Source: Octopus sinensis (Eukaryota). Taken from it: DNA of 64,000 bases. Under the pieces are notes generated by a model. That model searched no databases, had not been told where the DNA came from, and worked only from the letters and a program-made list of their open reading frames with translations. A program made the position numbers and the translations under genes. The DNA lies in the NCBI RefSeq assembly GCF_006345805.1, contig NC_043000.1, positions 98,952,001 through 99,016,000 on the forward strand, read 5' to 3'. The stretch's first letter is position 1, and every line of letters begins with the position of its first letter. Below, piece by piece: positions 54,423-64,000 of the stretch.

Positions 54423-54860
54423 GTGTTTGTCGACTTACTAAAGCCTTTGATACGATCAATTGAGAATCTTTGTACGCAATACTTCACACATATGGCTGTC
54501 CGTCAAAATTTCCACGCGTGTTTATAGAACAGTGTTACATTTAGTGGAGTACTTTCAGGGAGAACGTCAGAGACAATAGACAAAACAATGCAACATTCTT
54601 GCACCATTGTTTTCAGTATATTTTACTACACTGCTGTCTCATGTTCAAATATGTGATAAAGGTGTTACAATTATATTTCGAATTTCGGGCAATGAATGTT
54701 CAACTTATAATTTAAAATTGTTTGTCTGCAAACGATACCGATATTGTAGCACATACAGATGAAGTTATGCAGATGATAATGTATATATGTATAAATTATC
54801 TGCTGCATGCTATGACTTTGGCCTAACTGTAAATTTTAAAAAATGTCCAAGGTGACGTTC
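54423..54860 (+). mobile_element. RTE-clade LINE reverse-transcriptase fragment, heavily decayed
   Basis: VFVDL/KAFDTIN*ESLYAILHTYGCPSKF, then IVAHTDEVMQ...SAACYDFGLTVNFKK (RT domains 3-7 with frameshifts). Confidence 0.75.
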
Positions 54861-55559
54861 CCGCCAGCACATGATGAACATTATGTGAGCCTAATATATG
54901 TGTGATAAAGGACTGTATTCATGACAACTTAGTAACTTAGTAAAATTGAATGTAGATGTTCAATTCTGAGAAGAGAAAGCAAGTGATAGTAAAGGATGAA
55001 GGTCTCTGGTGAAGGAAGATATAACTAACTTTGAGCCAACCAAAAAGCAACATATGTACTTTGAGAAAAGGGGGTATGATGGATGCATCACATAAGATTA
55101 GGAATTGCAAATATAGTACAAATGCAGTCTTTGTGATTGACATACCCTGTCAAAAGCTAGCTACATAAGCCACGAGAAATCAGATAGTAATTTTCGAAAT
55201 CAAAATGATCTAACAATGGTTTACCAACATTTTTATGTTTAGTATACGGAAAATGAATCGGAGTCATCCTGAATTGAAAAGGCACATGGAAGATCACTAT
55301 ACCATAAGTAAACTGTATATATAAACTCTAGAAGTTTTGTATCTGTCACATATTTATGAATCTTTGCAGTTCATCTACTGGTCCTAAGAATAATTCTAGA
55401 GCAGATAGAAATAAAGCCCATTATCAGGAAGATGTAGATTAACTGATGTGCGTGTGTGTGTGTGTGTGTCCGTGTTCGGATTGTCCTTGCAAAGGGGCCA
55501 TCCGGACTCCCGTTTGCGCCGTGAACAGGAATTAATATTCTCTCTTCGCGCCTTTGCGC

Positions 55560-55975
55560 CACATGGGTTCAACTCTCCTCCTCTCTTCATCTAACCTCCT
55601 CCCCTCACACCCGCATCCTTCCACCAACCTCTCCTCTCTTGCTCCGACTCCTACTTCTCTTCACTCCTACTCTCCTCTCTTCTCTTCACTCCTAACCACC
55701 TTCTCCTTCCTCCCTTCATCGTCAACCCTCCTTCGTAAGCCCACCCCACCCCTACACATTCCAACCCACCTTCCCTATCCTTCCCCAACCCGTCCCACTC
55801 CATCCCTTACACCAACTCCCACATACCCCACCTCTACCCCTACCCTCAGTCTAACCCAACCCCACACTTGCTTTCCCCACTCCCGCCTCCTCCACCTCCC
55901 AACATCACAACACCACACACCACTACACCTTACACCACCATATCACACAACACACCACCACGCTAGCCACTACAC
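55560..55975. repeat. C-rich low-complexity tract
   Basis: Decayed CCA/CCT/CA repeats; source of the 163-aa Pro/Thr/Ser ORF. Confidence 0.85.
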
Positions 55976-55979
55976 ATTC

Positions 55980-56125
55980 TTTATTTTCTCTCCTTGTTTC
56001 TTTCTGTGTTCCTTTCTCTGGAAGAGCGTAGGCTCGAAACGTTAAAGACATTTTCGCTTCCCGAGCGTTATACATGTTTGTTGTCTACACCACCTGTCTT
56101 TGTTTTTTTTGTGAATTCTCCCTAT
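55980..56125 (+). mobile_element. Penelope-type terminal fragment with hammerhead-like motif
   Basis: CTTT-CTCTGGA-A-GAGC-gtag-GCTC-GAAA-CGTT-AAAG at 56012-56047; homologous to 33570-33680. Confidence 0.55.
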
Positions 56126-56984
56126 ATATATATACATATATATGTGTGCGTGTGTGTGTGTGTGGTGTGTGTGTGTGTGTGTGTCTTTACGATCTGAGTT
56201 CAAATTCAACCGAGGTCGACTTTGCATTTCATCCTTTTGGGGCCGATAAATTAAGTACCAATTGCGTACTGGGTTTGATCAAATCGACTGACCCCCTCCC
56301 AAAAGATTTCGAACCTATATATATATGCCAAACTAAGAAAAAAGATGAATTATATGGAAATATTTTTTCATGTTTTCTCACTCATAAGAAAACGACTTTA
56401 CATAATAAGAATAAACCAAAAACAAAAAAAGCAAATTAAGCCCTGAGCTGTTTTTTCCCCTAAAGGGATACTTCACTCTCTTATTTTATAGCGAACTCTC
56501 TTCTTTTACTCCAAACGCAATCGTAAGTGGCAGCACAGACAGTCGCCAGTCAAATTACCCAAGTATATATATATATGTATGTGTGTGTGTGTGTGTGTAT
56601 GTGTGTGTGTGTGTCTGTGTGTGTGCATGTATACACCAATAGATATATGTAGAGGCCAAATGCATGATAGATCAAGGCGACAAAATGTCACGTCAGGATC
56701 ACATGATATAAGATCGAGTGTAGCTTTAGAGCCAAAATTCTAACATAGGTAAAATAAAACAACACATGTTGTATTGTACTATTTTACTTCAGAGGAAAGT
56801 AGAAATCAGGTTTTTGAAATACAATTTATCATATCTTTCATTTAGTTTGTTTCCTAGGAATCAAATACTTGGAGTAAAGCTGTAAAGTAAAAATTGATGG
56901 AAGTCTTTTCTGTATTTAGTGCTTGGGTACATATGTGAATGTGTATGTGTCTGTATAAAGCCTGTGTGTATGAGTTTATTTAGT

Positions 56985-57032
<48 letters not shown>

Positions 57033-57234
57033 CGTGCGTTCGTGTTCGCTATTTGATACCATGTTTGTGTGGTCGGCATGTTTGTTGTTCAATATAGTGG
57101 AAGATGATTGGGTTGTATTACGTCGCAGGCGTCTGTTATCAGGCTTGAAAATGAAATCAACCTCTCCTGACATCACCACCGCCACCACCTAAAACAACAA
57201 TTACAACACCCACACCAACCATTCATGCATACTA

Positions 57235-57940
<706 letters not shown>

Positions 57941-58220
57941 TAGTTACAGAAAAGATAAAACCACATTTATTTCCCTACATTTTCACTGACAATTTCTCGA
58001 CCTGTTGCCAATCCACATTTCTTTCTTATTTTGTAGAATGTCAGGACGCTGTGAAGAACTGAGAAACAAAGATGTTTGTTTGTGTATGCGTGTGTATGAG
58101 TGTATGTATGTATTTGTTATGTGTGTTGTGTGAGTGTGGTGTGTGTGTTTGTGTGTGTGAGTGTGTGTTTGTCTGTGTGAGTGTGTGTTTGTGTGTGTGA
58201 GTGTGTGTTTGTGTGTGTGC

Positions 58221-58514
58221 AGTTGACACTAAAATAGACTGCCTCATTAAGACATGTGTAGATTAGATTTCCGTCTAATGTAACTTCATAGAAGCATTGA
58301 AATGTCAATAGAAATATATTCGAAGGTTCAAGTCTTGAAGATTCATGTCTTAATAGCTAGTTGAAACAGCTTCAACTATCTATTAACACATGAATGTTCA
58401 AAAGTTGAGCCTCGAATATATCTCTATCGACATTTCAATGCTTCTATGAATTTACACAACACAGAAATCTAAACTAACCATGTCTTAATTAGGTAGTCTA
58501 TTTTAGAGTCTACT
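58221..58514. mobile_element. About 290-bp fold-back (MITE-like) element
   Basis: Arms of about 145 bp around a 5-nt ACAGC loop (58366-58370); roughly 85% identical by eye. Confidence 0.8.
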
Positions 58515-59350
58515 TGCAACAGAGGGCACTAATCACCCAGATGTAAGGAGCTTTCCAACAACTTAAGTAAAATGTAGTTTACGAATATGATATAATAGGC
58601 AAGTTCTATTGCCAACGCAACCAAGAATTAACAGTGTTTCTCGCATGTTGCTCACTAACTATGATACAATTTCCGCGATTTGATACCGTGAATGGATCAG
58701 CAAAATAGGAAAATAGCTGGAACTAAATATCTTTTGAGTTTGAAGATGAGAAAAAACTACATACCGTTTAGTGGTGGTAGTGGCGGTGGCGGTGGCGGTG
58801 GCGGTTGTAGTGGTTGTGGTGGCGGTGGTGATGTCAGGATAAGTGTATTTTGCAAACTTAATGTAGTTGAATGTAAGGAAAAACTGCTAATTATGGGAAT
58901 AATTGCAGTGTATTGTTTTCATTATGACCAATGCCGGAAAGATGACAAAGCGTCAAATGAAACTTTATGACATGTATCAACAAAATGGTAAGCTAGCAGA
59001 ATCATCCGGGACATTTCCGCTGGCTTCACGTTCTTACTTCAAATGCTGCCAAAGTTAACTTTAATTTTTATCCTTTGGGGTCGATAAAATAAGAACCAGT
59101 CAAATACAGGGGTCGATGTAATCGATAGCACGCCAGGGAAAATGCTTAGCGGCATTTCGTCCGGATTTATGTCGATTTTGCCAAGCTGAGTACTGGGGTT
59201 GATGTAATCTACTTACCCCACGCATCATTCGAAATTGCTAGCCTTGAAACTAATATATGTGAATGCAAGGTAACGGAGTGACAGAAACGTTTAGCGACAT
59301 TTTGTTCTTATTCGTTTGTGCTTGTTTATGGGTGCCTTATTGGATGTTCT

Positions 59351-59454
59351 GGTCAAACTCTTTGCCAGACTCCCAAGCACTGGTGGAGAGTTGGGGATTT
59401 GTGATTATAGTCAAGACTCTCCACCAATACCTGGGAGTCCAGCAGAGTTTGACC
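59351..59454 (-). other. Long hairpin (39-bp stem, 24-nt loop) inside an older inverted repeat
   Basis: 59351-59391 vs 59416-59454: five substitutions and a 2-nt bulge. Confidence 0.8.
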
Positions 59455-60315
59455 GGTACACTAATGCGTCCACAAACATACACGCCCCAGCTTTGTGGAC
59501 ATTTACCAATAGACTTTTCCCACTACCCCCAATATAAGCTCCCACACATTGTATCCCTACACACATCGCATGCACACATAAATGCCCCAAGAAATAAAAG
59601 AGAGGTAACAAACTAACGAATACAGATGTGCATGCTCCCCGCCACCGCAAAGGCTATAAATATAATACCAGTACGCACATTCTATTTCCACAAAAACACT
59701 AACCTTAAAGACATACGCATTGCCCACAAACTCTTTGCCAGAAAAACTCAAGCAAACTTGCATCAAAATCGTCCCTGAGACGATGTTTTGGTACTAATAC
59801 ACTGCTCGATTCATTTCAGCTCTTTCACAGCAACCACAAACCGGATGTGCCTATGCACCTCCAACAATAGAGAGCAGTTGCTTTATTTCATTCCATAACG
59901 GCTACCTCTGACGAGCGCAGTGTTACATATTCGGACGGTTACCTAACCCCTAGCACGAAGCACACATACACACACACACACACGCACGCACACAAACACT
60001 CACACACACACACACACACACGCGCAAACACACGATTTTCCCTTTATATATGAATCATTTTTCATCATTTCCCAGTTAAGTCCTTTTTTATCGAATCACT
60101 CACCAGCAAGAAATGTTCTGTTATAAAGACCGTACTTCATATATAACAAATAGATTAGTCGACCAGCGACTTTTACGTTATGAAGCTCGGACTTGCCATA
60201 AAGAGTAATGGCAACACTACGATAAATATTTACACTATATCTTTGGTTTCAGCATTTTACCTACTCTTTCTAAGTTCAAACGTGTGTGTATGTGTATTCG
60301 CATGTGAATATCATA

Positions 60316-60360
<45 letters not shown>

Positions 60361-61109
60361 ATATATATTAAGTCACAGTGTATGTATTCAAGTAATCTGG
60401 TTGCACTCATACAAAGCTCCTTAATGTATCATTGTACAATATCACGACAAATGTGATATTAGATTTTTCTTTTTTAAATAAATTTCATGAAAAAATTTGT
60501 CATTTATAACTATATATATATATAGGCAAATTAGTTGTTGAAAATGCACCTAAATTTGATAAACTTGTAATTCTTTTAGAATAACTCTATTTACATATAT
60601 GCCAAGTAAGTTTCAACGATATTTTTTGTTTATCAATGGTAAACATTTAGAATTATGAATTAGAAAAGCGTGTTTAAAAGTTTCAATGTTTACAAGTCAA
60701 TAATATAAAAACTGTTGATCAACTTGTTTATAATGTATAAAATTCAATAGTTTCAAAAAGAAATGAATATCATTAAAGTTTCAGTCATGCTGAATTAAGA
60801 GGGAGAAATGAAGATAATAAAAAAATGGATTTGGTTTGCAGTTTATATTCTCTTTCCGTCGTGTGCAGGAACTTTCGCTTTTGACGGCACTTTTTTGGAA
60901 TGCGGTATATTTATAACTTTTTCCGCGAACGGATCTGATTTTTGATTCATTACATTAGTGTGACGTCTTGTTTTTCTGATAGTCATGTGTGTCGTTCTGC
61001 CTGGCTAGCTTCTCTGTGAGGAACGGTCATCAGCTGTTCCAGGTAGTTGATTCTCTTAAAGGTTCATTTTTGTTGTATTTGCTAAAGTTCGGTTTTGGTC
61101 GGAGGTACA

Positions 61110-61255
61110 TTTTCATTGTTCAAGAGTTAAGTGACGTCAGCAACTTGTATTTGTAAAATTTCATTGGTCTAAATTTAGGTGACGTCGGCAACTGGTGTTT
61201 GTATGGTGTTATTGTATGGTTATTTGGAGTTGCAGTTTCGAATATATATAAGGAG
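61110..61255 (+). promoter_or_regulatory. 48-bp tandem repeat with CRE-like sites, a reverse CCAAT and a downstream TATA-like box
   Basis: TGACGTCA at 61132-61139, TGACGTCG at 61180-61187, ATTGG at about 61163, TATATATAA at 61243-61251. Confidence 0.35.
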
Positions 61256-61940
61256 TGAGGGAGAGAGAGCGATGGTGAGAAAAAGAAAGAAAGACAAAGA
61301 GAATTCTAATGCTACTACTCTGGGTCAAAGTAGATTTGAGAACAATAGTGGTTAAGAAGTAATTCCTCTCTCCTCAAAACCTTGGTACTACAGAGCAGGT
61401 TCCTATAACCGAATGCTGTTTAAAGTCATTACCAGAACATACAGGTTGATATGTAGCAGTTATTCTCAAGCCGTCTGAGTTAATGGATAGAGCTGTTTCC
61501 GGCTGAGAACATCCTTTAGTCGAGTTGCAGCTGTGTTCAGCAAACATTGGTTATCCATTATATCTTGTACTCCTGCGATACTTTTGACGATACACAAGAT
61601 CGTATTACATTTTATGTGAGAAGGCCGAGATTAGATTACATTGTAGATGATATTTCTTAAGCATTTAATATTCGTTAGACTATTATCAGGGTAATAACCC
61701 TCGAAATATTGATTGGTGTACAATGAGACATAATAACGTTAACTTTGAAATATAAATAACGTTGAGCTTTGACTTCCAACCTTATGGAATCAATAAAATT
61801 AAGTTTCATACAAGTATTTGATCTGTAGTTTATGCCTATAACTAAACTTGTGTTCTTGAGCAAATCTTTGAAATTGGTATTTCGCTTCTCTCTTATGTGC
61901 GTATGCATGCATACATGTATGAATGTATGTATGTTGTATC

Positions 61941-61982
<42 letters not shown>

Positions 61983-62107
61983 GCAAACACACGTATGCAT
62001 GCACACAAACACAAAACACACATACACACACAACACACACATACACACTACACACACACACACACACACACCACACACACATATATATAAAATATATATA
62101 TATATAT

Positions 62108-62238
62108 ATTTATTATATAGAAGGAGCTTCTACAGGACTAGAACTGTTTCATTCAAGAGAAATCTTCAGGAAGCTTCCTGAAGATTCTCTTGAATGAAAC
62201 AGTTCTAGTCCTGTAGAAGCTCCTTCTATATAATAAAT
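62108..62238. repeat. 131-bp spacerless palindrome with hammerhead core strings
   Basis: Arms of 66 and 65 nt differing by one A, centred on GAAG|CTTC at 62173/62174; CTGAAGA...GAAA...GTC in each arm. Confidence 0.95.
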
Positions 62239-62305
62239 TAATTTTACTCTACTATGTATTGAGTACCTTATTACTGGTGGTTAACCCGAATCAACCGGGA
62301 CCTAC

Positions 62306-62341
<36 letters not shown>

Positions 62342-63464
62342 ATAATAGATAGATATTCGATATGCGTGACAGAAGCAATATTACGTGAAAATAGCATTTT
62401 GTGTATCATAGAGCAGACACATTTTTGAAAGACTATTAACTGCACCTTTCAACACGTGTTAAAAACGCAGACATATACCAGCAGCAGATGAAAATCTTAT
62501 GATAGCTGTGGAGACAGAAAAATTCGCATGTCTGCCTCATTGGGCTTTGTCAATCGTATGTATCGCTGCTAAATTCATGCTAAAAGAAATGCGCCCTTTA
62601 CAGTTATAGTAAAACAGTGATTGAGACAGCACGACTCTCGTAACCAGCTGTCAAGATGAATAAAAGTTCTTTATATGATAGAGGAAGCAGTAGTTTAAGA
62701 TAGAAATCTTTGTATCATATTTAAACAGATACATCGTTGAAAGCCTATTAGCAGCGGTTTTCTTCCCGAGATAATATTTCTTAGAGATGCACCGTGTTAA
62801 AGACACGTAAATATATCAGAAGCAGACGAAAGTAGTCCAGCAACAGGTGTCATTGCTAAATGAGAATTTCTGCCTCTCTGGGTTTCATCATTAGCAAGTA
62901 TCTACTAGCAGACATACAAAAAACAACACCAGTTGTCACGCGACAGTGAGGGGCCAAACACAAATAGAAAGATACACACACATAGACATAGATGCATAGA
63001 TAAATTACTTACACACATACATACACGCCTATATACAACAGAGGTTGAAATTTGACGGAAACATAACAAACCGAAAATTAACAAACTGATAACAAATGGA
63101 AAATTAGACAAAAACATAATACACAAGAAATTCGCAGCTGATTCCTCATCCGTCAATGTCCAAGACATCCTAGTGGTTTCGCGCTTTTAACATCGATAAC
63201 ACTCAGTCTTGGCAGTGCTAAAGCAGAAAGTCTCTAGGGATAGCTAACGAATGTATACAATGACAAAAGCAAACAAGCTAAAAATATTACAATTGTACGT
63301 ATACAACAAAAAATACTAATACAAATACAACTATTAAGAATATACATATATCAACAAATAAGTATTTATATATATATATATATATAAATATGTGTGTGTA
63401 TATATATGTGTGTCTGCGTGTGTTTGTGTATGTAAGTATGTATGTATACACGACGAACTTCTTT

Positions 63465-63590
63465 CAGTTTTCAAGTCGACCCAGAGCTATAGTAGAAAAC
63501 ACTTGCCCATGGTACTACCCTGTGGATTGAACCTGAAATTGCGTAGTCACAAAGCGAATGTATTAATCACACGACCACACCTACATGTTT
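63465..63590 (-). mobile_element. SINE 5' half, diverged
   Basis: Reverse complement of GGTCGTGTGATTAA...GGTTCAATCCAC...GGGCAAGTGTTTTCTACTATAGC. Confidence 0.7.
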
Positions 63591-64000
63591 GATAAGTTAT
63601 ATTACCACAAGGCACTGACCCGTACCTGTCCTTCCTCCTAGTTCACCCTCACATACACTGTTTTCCACTGAGTTTTCATATTTGTATTTGGATTAAGAAA
63701 ATATTTTAAAACTTCTTTAGAGTTTACGTGGAGGTCGCAAATTTACGTACTTTACGTCATTACCTAAATTCCCTCCGCGGCAGTCATGTACACACTGCTA
63801 CTTTAACAGTGACTGCATTACTAGTTATCTTTCCATGCGAGAAATAAACTGAAATCAAGATAAAACTGCATTGTCTTAAATACATACAGGAAACTATATA
63901 GAGGTCATTTTGATTGCAAGCAATTTATATTATAATAGGTTCTAGAAAAATTTCAATGATGTATATGTTCTTGTAGAAAGCATTGAAAAATCCATTTATT

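Noticed and set aside
55554-56045. 163-aa Pro/Thr/Ser-rich ORF (mucin-like)
   Set aside because: C-rich low-complexity DNA running into a repeat fragment.
60869-60904. Candidate exon GTFAFDGTFLEC as the GPCR WDG exon
   Set aside because: Lacks the preceding cysteine spacing and the CW motif; weak donor.

Overview
Eukaryotic, AT-rich, microsatellite-saturated DNA. The tRNA-derived SINE families and repeat landscape look like an octopod cephalopod genome (inference from repeat sequence, not a database hit). Almost all ORFs in the supplied track are microsatellite or low-complexity translations. Supported content: (1) one convincing coding exon at 35778-35874 (+) resembling the first extracellular-domain exon of a parathyroid-hormone/calcitonin-receptor-like class B1 GPCR, so much of the window is probably intron; a decayed copy of this exon lies about 1 kb upstream. 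(2) A decayed Tx1/L1-type LINE, two Penelope-like (GIY-YIG) remnants, two RTE fragments, a mariner fragment, three mariner-derived MITEs and many SINEs. (3) A TSD-bounded 1.5 kb retroelement carrying only an uninterrupted 429-codon ORF1-like (CCHC) frame. (4) About ten short Penelope-type terminal-repeat fragments and palindromes with minimal hammerhead-ribozyme-like folds, several with non-canonical cores including apparent 3:8 base-pair swaps (A3:U8, G3:C8). Items 3 and 4 are the best candidates for something little described; both are unproven without alignment and cleavage assays. Coordinates of decayed repeats are approximate.
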